DNA of 64,000 nt from Promethearchaeota archaeon (GTDB taxonomy: Archaea > Asgardarchaeota > Lokiarchaeia > Sigyniarchaeales > SOKP01), in assembly GCA_019058445.1 (NCBI GenBank), contig JAHPZA010000003.1, positions 387,516-451,515 on the forward strand. Direction: 5' to 3'. This document shows, piece after piece, positions 9,085-18,068 of the stretch. A program made the translations under genes and the position numbers. The notes under the pieces are model-generated. The model saw only the letters and a list, made by a program, of their open reading frames with translations. It had not been told where the DNA came from and ran no database searches. How positions within the stretch are numbered: the first letter of the stretch is position 1; each line of letters starts with the position of its first letter.

Positions 9085-10045
9085 TTGAAACCAAATTTAC
9101 TTACAGATAAGAGTGTTATTATAACAGCTGCAATTACTGGGGGAGCCCATGGGAAAAAAGTTTAGATTTTTTTGAATTTTACCAAAATGGACAAATCCCA
9201 ATTTACCTATAACTCCAGAAGAACAAGCGCAAGATGCTCTAGAGTGCTATGAAGCAGGTGCAACTGTATGCCATATCCATGTTCGAGGCGAAGATGGATG
9301 GGCAACACCCGATCTAAAATATTATAACAAAACTGTGAAATTAATTAAAGAAAAATGCCCAATTATTACTCAAATTGGTAATGGAATCGGAGTTCGGCTC
9401 GAACAAGGAGTTAAAGTAAGTAAAACAGGTAAAAGATATGGTCAAGCTTTTAGATTCGCTACATTGGATCAAAGACTTAATTTATTGAATATTGATCCTC
9501 AACCGGACATGTTTACTATAAATGCTGGTACATTTGAATTTAGAACGGTTACTAGAGGTATGAAAACGGCATTTATTTTCGATAATCCCCTCGATTTTAA
9601 TCAAAAGTATATCAAACAATGTAAAAAACTGGGAGCTGGGATAGAAATTGAAGCGTATGATACAGCTCATATCGCTAATATCATGGATTTAGTCGATATG
9701 GGTGTATTTGATCAGGACGAAAAACTTCATTTCAGTCTGGTTCTAGGCATTCAAGGGGGCGCACCGGCCACGGTTAATAATTTAATTCATATGGTAGATT
9801 TACTCCCCGAAGGATCCACTTGGCAAGTAGTAACTATTAGCAAATTTCATCTTAGAACGACAGTAATAGCGATGTGCATGGGTGGCAATATCAGAACGGG
9901 TCTCGAAGACACAATTTATTATCAAAAAGGTGAACCTGTAAAAAGTAATGCTCAACTGGTAAAACGGATGGCAAGAATTGCCCGTGAACTTGGTAGAGAA
10001 CCTGCAAATATTGATGAAGCAAAAGAATTATTAGAATTAAAATAA
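9085..10045 (+). pseudogene. BKACE (beta-keto acid cleavage enzyme / 3-keto-5-aminohexanoate cleavage, DUF849) gene interrupted near its 5' end
   Basis: GAGGT RBS plus TTG at 9085 gives LKPNLLTDKSVIITAAITGGAHGKKV, then TAG at 9163-9165. The rest (NPNLPITPEEQAQDALECYEAGATVCHIHVRGEDG... to the stop at 10045) is in the +1 frame after a TGA at 9173-9175. Removing 9160..9193 (34 nt) restores one frame with family-typical spacing. Confidence 0.7.
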
Positions 10046-10080
10046 CCTTTTTTTTTATTCTTTATTTATTTAATTTGTTC

Positions 10081-10665
10081 TTAATCAAAACTTAAAGATA
10101 ACAATTTTTCTAATGTTAGCGATAATCCCATTTCATCAACTTTTTTTTTTAAGAATTCAAGATTAATATTCTTCTTATTAGCATGATATAAAGTCAAAAA
10201 ATCAATTATATCTTGATATTCAAACAACTCAGAATCTGGAATATCATTGATTATACCCAGAAATATGATTTTTCCAAGTAAGACATATTCTAAGGGAGCC
10301 ATATACAAGCTAAAACCAAAAATCTTATTTAAGACAGCATTGTTTAAGACATCTTTCTCTCTTTTTCTATCTGCAACCTTTATATCTAACCTCATATATC
10401 CTTTTTTATCGAAAACAGATATATTTGTTTTTTCTTGATAACCCTTATTAAATTGTTCTTCCATTACATCGAAATCATAAGCCTTTAATAAGCCTATAAA
10501 TTGAGTAATTTTTGAAAGATCATCCTCAATTATTATATCGATATCTTGCGTTGCTCTTACATGGCCGTAATGAATAAGTGCGATTCCACCAATTATTACA
10601 TATTTAATTTTAACTGCAGAAAAAATCTTATCAAGACGAGATAAGATGTCTTCTAATTCTGCCAT
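10081..10665 (-). CDS. Minimal nucleotidyltransferase-fold protein (DUF2204/AbiEii-like)
   Basis: 194 aa. The N-terminal IIGGIALIHYGHVRATQDIDIII fits the G-x-A...D-x-D NTase signature. Its start overlaps the upstream gene's stop (TAATG). Confidence 0.5.
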   Translation of the reverse strand: MAELEDILSRLDKIFSAVKIKYVIIGGIALIHYGHVRATQDIDIIIEDDLSKITQFIGLLKAYDFDVMEEQFNKGYQEKTNISVFDKKGYMRLDIKVADRKREKDVLNNAVLNKIFGFSLYMAPLEYVLLGKIIFLGIINDIPDSELFEYQDIIDFLTLYHANKKNINLEFLKKKVDEMGLSLTLEKLLSLSFD

Positions 10666-10949
10666 TAATCTTCACGTTTTTTTTTAAATGATTTAATTTT
10701 TTCTTTCAAAGCTAGATTTTTTTTGATTATATTCTTGATCTCTTCAGTATTGGCTTCAGGATTTCTTTTAATTATTCCATCTTCCATTAATTTGAAGGAA
10801 TTATGTATAAATTGATCAGCAATCTTTAACGGTTCTATACCACACTCTAAAATTCTTTTCGCGGATTCAATTTCTAACTTTACTTTTTCTTTTCTTATGA
10901 AGAGGAGCTCTTCTCGAGATAAATTTTTGTTTGAATTTTCAGAATTCAT
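10665..10949 (-). CDS. Small helical protein, translationally coupled partner of the nucleotidyltransferase
   Basis: 94 aa, K/E-rich, with no recognisable motif. It shares a 1-nt stop/start overlap with 10081..10665. Confidence 0.45.
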   Translation of the reverse strand: MNSENSNKNLSREELLFIRKEKVKLEIESAKRILECGIEPLKIADQFIHNSFKLMEDGIIKRNPEANTEEIKNIIKKNLALKEKIKSFKKKRED

Positions 10950-11103
10950 TTCCTTAATTAATTTAGTATTAAATTATATATATTTGATGGTATAAATAAT
11001 ACAATTTTTCTTCCATATTTGAATTATAATAACATTTGAGCAAATAGTCTAATTTTGAGCAAAAAGTTTTAAATTTATTTAAATTTAAATTTCTGATATA
11101 TAT

Positions 11104-12114
11104 CTACATTCTAGAAAAAATAATAAGCACTTCAAAAAAATCCAAAGTTATCAATAAAAATAAAAGAATAAAAATAATAATAAAAACGATTCTCTCTGAT
11201 TTAGATGATGTAAAACTCTTGAGATGCTGTTCTTTACTAAAATGAAAAATAAGAATTAAAATTATTATAAAAAGTGGGATGAAAACAAAGAAATATACGA
11301 TTAATTTACCATAAAAAATTGGCAAAGAAATAGAGGAAATTATTGTTACTGGAATACTAATGATTATCCAGAAAATGAGAACTATTACCCATTTAAAAGC
11401 CTTCCCTCGTTGTTCTTTAATCATTTCTGAATCAGATGGTATTTCTTTCCAATTATAATTGTTTAAATGTCTGAATTCACTCGCCCAATCAGAATTTTTT
11501 ATTCGAATCATGAATGAATCCTTTGAAAATCCTAATCTGACATGATCATAAATCTGACCAAGATATCGATTATATAAGGAATTTTCAATGATTTTTCTTA
11601 GAAGATATACGAAAAGAGGGATTCCATTCATTATAAGAATTATAGTGAAAACATTTAAATTTTGAGTCAAAATATAAATGAAAATTCCAATTATGGAATT
11701 TATTATAAGACCAAGGATTAGGATAAGATCAATTCTGTCACTAATAAAACGCGGTTTCTTTCTTAAATTCCTATAATGTTTTTCACATAAAGAAATCTCA
11801 ATATCTTCTTTATTCTTTATTTTATATTTAAAAAAACCTTCAATATTTAGACCACAAATGGGACATATTGTAGGGATATTAATTGGTATATGCTTTGTAT
11901 TTTGTTCACTTTTAGTTTTTAATTCAAATAATCGATATTCTTTAGCTTGATGTACCAAATCATCAAACTTAGTGTTTTTCCTCTTATCCTTGCTGAATTC
12001 CGCTCCCGTTGTTTTTAAAAACCAAAATAAAAGTTTATAGACTATAATAAATATAATAATACTTGTTATGGTGATATAAAATATAAAAGTCATTAAATTC
12101 GGGAAGAGAGCCAT
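11104..12114 (-). CDS. Multi-pass membrane protein with cytoplasmic zinc-ribbon-like motif
   Basis: 336 aa with several long hydrophobic segments. CPICG...SLCEKH lies between TM1 and TM2. No family recognised. Confidence 0.45.
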   Translation of the reverse strand: MALFPNLMTFIFYITITSIIIFIIVYKLLFWFLKTTGAEFSKDKRKNTKFDDLVHQAKEYRLFELKTKSEQNTKHIPINIPTICPICGLNIEGFFKYKIKNKEDIEISLCEKHYRNLRKKPRFISDRIDLILILGLIINSIIGIFIYILTQNLNVFTIILIMNGIPLFVYLLRKIIENSLYNRYLGQIYDHVRLGFSKDSFMIRIKNSDWASEFRHLNNYNWKEIPSDSEMIKEQRGKAFKWVIVLIFWIIISIPVTIISSISLPIFYGKLIVYFFVFIPLFIIILILIFHFSKEQHLKSFTSSKSERIVFIIIFILLFLLITLDFFEVLIIFSRM

Positions 12115-12236
12115 AGGAATCCTTTAAATTGCTAATTAATCTTTATCAATATTATAATATAAAAAAAATCTGAATCATAAATACTCTCAGGATTCATCAT
12201 ACCAAATTTTCAATCTATATTTCTTCCATGTTTGAA

Positions 12237-13523
12237 TTATAATAATGTTTGTGCAAATATTTTAATTTTTTCTCTTATCACTTTATCAGAAGCAAAGCGC
12301 GCATCTCCTACATCCACATCAATCAACAGCATTGGAATCCCGACTTCATCTCTTAATGCTTCTCTTAGGATTTGAGGGATACTCCCAAATTGTTTACACC
12401 CTATATGAGAGGTGAATATAAAGCAATCAGCGCTAAATTCTTTTGCTAATCTCACACATTCATCTATAAATGGATAATAAAATTCAGCTGATTGTTTAAC
12501 CATAGGGGCCTCCATACTTTTCTTTGCCATTCCATAAAACATAGTTTCCAAATTGGATGTATCGATAGGGTCTGCAAAGTTATAGTTAAATATATCGAAA
12601 AGAATACTCATGCCTAATTCTCGGTCTAACCATTCTGAAATTGCCAAGTCAAAGAAAATAATCATATAAGGCCAAATTGACCTAATCCGTTCTTCTCCAC
12701 CATGATGCTCTTTGTTCTTATATCTTTTTTGAGCAAGGGCCAACATATCATCATAGAAATATTCTTTTTCAGGACGACCAGATAAAAAAATGGATGCCGC
12801 TGCCGCCATTGCATTAAACATGTTTTCAACTGGACAAGGGATTGCTTTTTTTAATTCAAAAATGTCCATTTGCGTTTTATAGATTCGATTTTCAATCTCT
12901 ATATGGTTCTTCAATTTCTCATAATTCGGTTCTTGTTTAATTATCTTACCTAAATCATTTAAGGAAAGCTGAATTTGCTTGGCATAATAATCATAACTTT
13001 TCTCTTCTTTTAAGAAAGGTAAATCGGGCGTAATTAAAGGAATACCTTCCTTATACTGGAAATATGGATAGGACGCATAAGTATTATCACAGGGAGCAGT
13101 AGGAGTAACAATGGCATCGAACTGAAATAAACCATCCAAAGTCATACCCATCGTACCTTTCTGAGAAGAACAAGTATGAAAAGGATGTCCCCAATGTGTG
13201 ATTAGATCATAATATGGTTCTGAACCTTCTGGTAATAAAGCGGCCATTAAATATGAAACTGCTTCAATGCATATAGGAACACAATCAAAAGCATAGAGGT
13301 ACTCAGTTTGAAATGAGAAATGATGACCAATAACAGGTAATCCTTCACCAGCTTTATCAATCTGATCTTGTAAAGCATCTGTCAAATATTTTAATCCATA
13401 TTTTAAAGAAGGAATGCCTTGTTCAGGTAAGATTCTTTCAATTAACTCATGAGTAGTAGTAATAGCTTCTAAAAGCATTTTGTAGGGTATTATTTTGTTT
13501 TCCAGTTCTAAGCGATTTACCAT
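12237..13523 (-). CDS. 2-hydroxyacyl-CoA dehydratase / benzoyl-CoA reductase family subunit (HGD-D, BcrC/BadD/HgdB type), paralog A
   Basis: 428 aa. Contains HTCSSQKG, PTAPCDNTYASYP and FIFTSHIGCKQFG. It is a close paralog of 13560..14828. Confidence 0.75.
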   Translation of the reverse strand: MVNRLELENKIIPYKMLLEAITTTHELIERILPEQGIPSLKYGLKYLTDALQDQIDKAGEGLPVIGHHFSFQTEYLYAFDCVPICIEAVSYLMAALLPEGSEPYYDLITHWGHPFHTCSSQKGTMGMTLDGLFQFDAIVTPTAPCDNTYASYPYFQYKEGIPLITPDLPFLKEEKSYDYYAKQIQLSLNDLGKIIKQEPNYEKLKNHIEIENRIYKTQMDIFELKKAIPCPVENMFNAMAAAASIFLSGRPEKEYFYDDMLALAQKRYKNKEHHGGEERIRSIWPYMIIFFDLAISEWLDRELGMSILFDIFNYNFADPIDTSNLETMFYGMAKKSMEAPMVKQSAEFYYPFIDECVRLAKEFSADCFIFTSHIGCKQFGSIPQILREALRDEVGIPMLLIDVDVGDARFASDKVIREKIKIFAQTLL

Positions 13524-13559
13524 AATATCACATTTTTTTTATCCTTTTTACTAAAAAAT

Positions 13560-14828
13560 TCATAAAAGTGTCTGAGAAAACATTTTAATTTTTTCTTTCA
13601 TAGTAGCTAATGAGGTCATTCTGGCATCGCCCACGTCAAATTCAATAATTAACATAGGAACGCCAATTTCTTTTAAAGCCTCTTTTAAAAGTTGCGGCAC
13701 AGTACCAAATTGCTTACATGCTAAACTCTGAGTAAAAATAAAACAGTCTGCGCTAAATTCTTTCGCAAATCTTACACAATCATTAATAAATGGATAATAA
13801 AATTCTATAGACTGCTTTACCATTGGCCAACCCATCCCTTTTTTTGCCATATCATAGAACATGGTATTCAGATCAGAGCGAGTGTTAATCGGATCTGAGA
13901 AATTATAATTAAAGATGTCAAAAAGGATACTCATTCCTAATTCTCTATCTAAATATTCACAGAGAGAAATATCAAAAAAAGTTAACATATAGGGCCATAT
14001 CGACCTTATATGTTCTTCGCCTCCATGATGTACTTTTTTTCTATATCTGTATTTCGCAATCTCCAACATTTCCTTATAAAACTCATATTTTTCAATTGTC
14101 CCTGGTATTAATATAGCGGTTGCAGCAGATACAGCATTATACATGTTCTCTATAGGGCTAGGAATAGTTTTAGCTAATTCAAATATTTCTAGTTGTAATT
14201 TGTTTGTCTTATTTTCTAGTTCTAATGCCATTTTTAATTTTTTATAATCTGGTTCTTGTCCTATTTCTTTGCCCAATTTGGTAAGACTAAGTTTTAATTG
14301 ATTACCATAATATTCATATCCTTTTTCATCGAACCGAAAGGGTAAATCAGCGATAATTAATGGAAATTTACCCTCGTATCGAAAAAACGGATATGAAGCA
14401 CATGTTGAATCGCATGGAGCAGTGGGAGTAATGATAGCATCAAATCTAAATAAATCATCCAATGTAAAAGCCATTGAAGCCTTCTGTGCGGAACAAGTAT
14501 GATATGGATGCCCAAAATTTGCAATTAGATCATAATATTTTTCTACTCCGTGTAATAATAAAGTTGCTAAAAAATAACCAGAAGCTTCTAAACACACGGG
14601 TACACAATCATAGCATTGAAGATATTCGCCTGGAAATGCAAAATGATATCCTACTATAGGGAACCCTTCTTGTGCCTTTTGCAGATAATCATCTAAAACC
14701 GAATTTATTTTTTCTAACCCAATCCTTAAAGACGGCATCCCATACTCTGGCAGTATTCTTTCAATTAATTCCTGAGTTGAATTCAAAGCTTCTGATAACA
14801 TTGTATATGGTATGATTTTATTTTCCAT
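13560..14828 (-). CDS. 2-hydroxyacyl-CoA dehydratase / benzoyl-CoA reductase family subunit (HGD-D), paralog B
   Basis: 422 aa. Collinear with paralog A along the whole length (HTCSAQKA, PTAPCDSTCASYP, FIFTQSLACKQFG). Confidence 0.75.
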   Translation of the reverse strand: MENKIIPYTMLSEALNSTQELIERILPEYGMPSLRIGLEKINSVLDDYLQKAQEGFPIVGYHFAFPGEYLQCYDCVPVCLEASGYFLATLLLHGVEKYYDLIANFGHPYHTCSAQKASMAFTLDDLFRFDAIITPTAPCDSTCASYPFFRYEGKFPLIIADLPFRFDEKGYEYYGNQLKLSLTKLGKEIGQEPDYKKLKMALELENKTNKLQLEIFELAKTIPSPIENMYNAVSAATAILIPGTIEKYEFYKEMLEIAKYRYRKKVHHGGEEHIRSIWPYMLTFFDISLCEYLDRELGMSILFDIFNYNFSDPINTRSDLNTMFYDMAKKGMGWPMVKQSIEFYYPFINDCVRFAKEFSADCFIFTQSLACKQFGTVPQLLKEALKEIGVPMLIIEFDVGDARMTSLATMKEKIKMFSQTLL

Positions 14829-14855
14829 AGCATTCCTCTTTTTCTCAGAAATTGG

Positions 14856-15998
14856 TTATGTAATCATCTCTAAAAAGGCCTCAATTCTGGTTTGTAATCT
14901 CGTTGTATCTGCTTGAAAAGACTCTCGATCAATATTAAACACAGGAATATCCAAATCTTTTAGTTCATGTTCGTAAAGCATATTGTCACATCCATGGAGA
15001 TCACAGTTATTTATTCTCTGTAGAAGCACTCCATCGATATTTGCTCTTTTAATCTCATTCTTTAAGAATTCTAATCTTCTTTCGTGATCATCCATCATCC
15101 TCGGGCATGACATTCTATAATATAAGCGCTTAGTTATATCTTCGAGAGGATTATTTTCGGATGTTATTTTTACGTCATCTTGAAAGTTGCGGGTTCCAAA
15201 ACATAAGAAATCAGACACAATTATTGCTCCAGAACTTTCAACTAATTGAGTGAAGTTTATATTGTCTACTATACTACCAACAAGGAGTATTCTTTTGTTA
15301 CTGGTTTTAATTCCTTCACTATCCTTTAAAATTTGTAATATTCTCTCTAATTCTTTATTTGCAATTTCTTTGGGTACAGAGGAATTTGCCATCGATATCT
15401 GTAAGGCCTCACTGCCCGAAATTTTTGGATTATCTAAGATTCTTAAATTATGTATTTCTCTTAGTAATCTTCTGTTTTCATTATAGACGTTTATTGAGTC
15501 TATTAGATCTCTATTGGTAATCTCGTTAATATTATAGGACTTTTCAAGTTCCTCTTTGAATTCTTCTACTTCCTTTTTATACCATCCGAATCCTTCTTCA
15601 GTTATGATATGAGGAAGAGCTAGATAAAATCTTGGTACTTTTTTAGTAAAACTCTCCCTATTAAAAACCTTTAGATCAAATAACTCGAACATTCTACGGC
15701 TATGGTCACAGCTATTACAAACAACAAATCCATCTAAGAAGTCATAGACACCTTGGAGTGCTAAATGCAATGTAGATCGAACATAGCTACATGTAAATCT
15801 AACCATATAGATGTCAGCCAAATCAGTGTCCTTATTTCCAGTAGATCTAATCCGATATGGGAACAATTTCGCAGCATGAAATAACTCTTCTGGTATATAT
15901 GTACAATAATAGCCCATAACCTTTTTTTGAGTGGTTTCTAGATAGGAATTGGATATAGTATCAGAAATATTTAGGAATTTATCATTCTGTAAGCTCAT
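14856..15998 (-). CDS. 2-hydroxyacyl-CoA dehydratase / benzoyl-CoA reductase family subunit (HGD-D), divergent alpha-like partner
   Basis: 380 aa. The N-terminal GYYCTYIPEELFHAAKLFPYRI is typical of HgdA/BcrB-type subunits. Further Cys motifs: FTCSYVRS, CNSCDHSRR, NNCDLHGCDN. Confidence 0.7.
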   Translation of the reverse strand: MSLQNDKFLNISDTISNSYLETTQKKVMGYYCTYIPEELFHAAKLFPYRIRSTGNKDTDLADIYMVRFTCSYVRSTLHLALQGVYDFLDGFVVCNSCDHSRRMFELFDLKVFNRESFTKKVPRFYLALPHIITEEGFGWYKKEVEEFKEELEKSYNINEITNRDLIDSINVYNENRRLLREIHNLRILDNPKISGSEALQISMANSSVPKEIANKELERILQILKDSEGIKTSNKRILLVGSIVDNINFTQLVESSGAIIVSDFLCFGTRNFQDDVKITSENNPLEDITKRLYYRMSCPRMMDDHERRLEFLKNEIKRANIDGVLLQRINNCDLHGCDNMLYEHELKDLDIPVFNIDRESFQADTTRLQTRIEAFLEMIT

Positions 15999-16009
15999 TT
16001 ATTCTCTCC

Positions 16010-16387
16010 TCAATATTTATATTTATACACTCTATCTTTTCCAATCATCAAACTCCTCACTAATAAAATAGCTGCAATCATTGAGCCTTTTAATTTAACT
16101 TTTCCTAAAATATATAATTTTGCGACTTTAAGCAATCCGAAAATATTATCTTTTGAGCGGATAATCTTACTCAATACTTTTAGGATATCTTTTTCTTTTA
16201 CCTTGACTTCAATAGTAGAAACGGGATCCTTTGCCTTTTCAACTCTTACATCAAATTTATTCTTATCTGAGGTAAGTAATAAGGTAATATATCCCTCTAA
16301 TGCAGGTAAGGACAATTCTACTTCTTGACCTTCCCATTTTTTCAACCTTTTGAATTGATTATCTAAGCCATATAAATCAACCAACAT
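16010..16387 (-). CDS. SCP2 (sterol carrier protein 2)-like small protein
   Basis: 125 aa. The C-terminal LYILGKVKLKGSM resembles the SCP2 G-K-L-K-I-x-G motif. It lies 11 nt upstream of the HGD-D cluster on the same strand. The frame is also open for 34 codons upstream without a canonical start. Confidence 0.45.
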   Translation of the reverse strand: MLVDLYGLDNQFKRLKKWEGQEVELSLPALEGYITLLLTSDKNKFDVRVEKAKDPVSTIEVKVKEKDILKVLSKIIRSKDNIFGLLKVAKLYILGKVKLKGSMIAAILLVRSLMIGKDRVYKYKY

Positions 16388-16618
16388 TTTTGCTAATCGA
16401 GCAATATTAAGTAATTTGGTTTCTTTAACTAAGTTGGAAGCTCTTAGATTTCTCTTTAGTATTTCTGGATCTACAATTTGATTAATAGATCACACCAGTT
16501 AAATTTAGTTTGCTATAATAATTATTATTTTAGCATTATTAGTATTTAAGAATGCTCATTAATCTAAGTTTGTATTCTTCTCTTTAACATATTTATCGAA
16601 AATCTAAACAAAAAGCTT

Positions 16619-17530
16619 TTAATTAAGTTGATTAATAAAATCCTCAAGGGATTCTTTTACTGTAAATCCCAGCTTTTTAATTTTGCTAAGATCAGCGATA
16701 TTTCGTGTTAATTCGTTTACATCAGATTCTTTGTAAACAATTCTGGGCTCCTTATTTAACTTGTTAGAGATTATTTTAACTAAATCATTTATCGAATATT
16801 CCCTAAGTCCTGATAAGTTGTAATCCTCACTGTAACATTCTTTATTATTTAATATAAGCCCAATTGCGCTGCATATATCATTGACGTGCAAAAACGCTCG
16901 ACTCTGAGTTCCATCTCCATAAATTGTAAGAATATCATTATGGTTTATTTTATCCATGATAATTGAAATAATATTATAGTGCCCTTCACCATATATAGAA
17001 AAAGGTCTTACAATAGTATAATTTAGGCCTAATATTCCTAAAGACTTAACGACGTATTCCCCGATTAGTTTTGTAGTTCCATAAAGATTTATAGGATTTT
17101 TTGGTGTGTCCTCTTTAATTGGAAATGAACCGGGAATCCCAAAAACTTGACCGGTTGAAAGATGAACGAAATGAGATACTGCATTTTCAATGGCTTTTTT
17201 AGCAATTTTCTTGGTAGCTTGGACATTAAGTGAAAAATATCTATCATAATTTTCAATGATCCCTTCCCTTACTTTTGTAGCAGCAGCGCAATGGATTACG
17301 TTTTTAATTTGTGAAAAGTCTGGAAATATCCATTCTTGCTCAAGGAAATTTTGCCTCCAAAATTCAAGTTTTTCGAAACTTAAGTTCTCATTTTCAAGAT
17401 TTTTTTTAAAATTGTTGATAGACTCGTCTGAACTACCATGGGCTATGATGTGCTCACCATTCTTTATTAAATTTTTTACTAACCAACTCCCTATAAATCC
17501 TGTGGCGCCAGTTATTAATATTTTTGCCAT
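16619..17530 (-). CDS. NAD-dependent epimerase/dehydratase (extended SDR)
   Basis: 303 aa. Contains ILITGATGFIGSWL and the catalytic YGTTK (Y-x3-K). Confidence 0.8.
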   Translation of the reverse strand: MAKILITGATGFIGSWLVKNLIKNGEHIIAHGSSDESINNFKKNLENENLSFEKLEFWRQNFLEQEWIFPDFSQIKNVIHCAAATKVREGIIENYDRYFSLNVQATKKIAKKAIENAVSHFVHLSTGQVFGIPGSFPIKEDTPKNPINLYGTTKLIGEYVVKSLGILGLNYTIVRPFSIYGEGHYNIISIIMDKINHNDILTIYGDGTQSRAFLHVNDICSAIGLILNNKECYSEDYNLSGLREYSINDLVKIISNKLNKEPRIVYKESDVNELTRNIADLSKIKKLGFTVKESLEDFINQLN

Positions 17531-17695
17531 CGTTTAAAATAAACCTTGGTATAGCAGATAAGTATTATTGCAGTAATGAAACAATAATTATATAATGCTA
17601 CTAAGACAATTTTCAAAATTCTTTCAACTTTAGTATTTTGATTGAAATTATTATGAATTTGATGAAATTAATATTAGATTCTTTCACATTTTATT

Positions 17696-17738
17696 AAGAA
17701 TGTTCAGATTTTTACGATATCCCTAGAAGAATGTTCAG
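17696..17738. promoter_or_regulatory. Two exact copies of AAGAATGTTCAG spaced 31 bp apart in the divergent epimerase / oxidoreductase-operon intergenic region
   Basis: The copies are at 17696..17707 and 17727..17738, and the 12-mer includes four G/C positions. They lie about 115-157 bp upstream of the ferredoxin-subunit ATG at 17853. Confidence 0.35.
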
Positions 17739-17852
17739 TCTCAGCTAAACATTTATTATGAAAATTAATGATTTGTTCAACTTTTTAGATAATTTTAAAT
17801 AGATCTTTTGATATTATTTACTAGACAACAAGAATTAAAGAATGGATTAACG

Positions 17853-18068
17853 ATGAAGTTCACGATTGTTGAAGAATATTGTAAAGGTTGTGGTTATTGT
17901 ATTACAATATGTCCAAAAAATGTTTTGAAAGAATCTAGTCATTTAAATAGTAAAGGATATGTAATCCCTGAAATTTTAAATAAGGAAGAATGTATTAATT
18001 GTAAAAAATGCGAATTAATTTGCCCTGAGATGGCTATAACAATACAAAAGGAGGAAATTGAGGCATGA
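17853..18068 (+). CDS. 2-oxoacid:ferredoxin oxidoreductase delta subunit (2x[4Fe-4S] ferredoxin)
   Basis: MKFTIVEEYCKGCGYCITICP...CINCKKCELICP gives two C-x2-C-x2-C-x3-CP motifs. The stop overlaps the alpha-subunit start. I prefer ATG 17853 over the listed upstream TTG. Confidence 0.85.
   Translation: MKFTIVEEYCKGCGYCITICPKNVLKESSHLNSKGYVIPEILNKEECINCKKCELICPEMAITIQKEEIEA

Noticed and set aside
9160-9193. The idea that the 34-nt interruption of the BKACE gene is an archaeal bulge-helix-bulge mini-intron.
   Set aside because: I could not find the required 4-bp central helix between the start of the insert (GTTTAG...) and the 3' exon (AATCCCAATTTACC), nor flanking exon-exon pairing. It is kept only as something RNA-seq would settle. 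Pseudogene or assembly error is more likely.
10081-12114. Reading the nucleotidyltransferase plus multi-TM protein as a CBASS-like signalling defence system.
   Set aside because: The NTase is far too small (194 aa) and lacks the CD-NTase architecture. No cyclic-nucleotide sensor domain is visible in the membrane protein.
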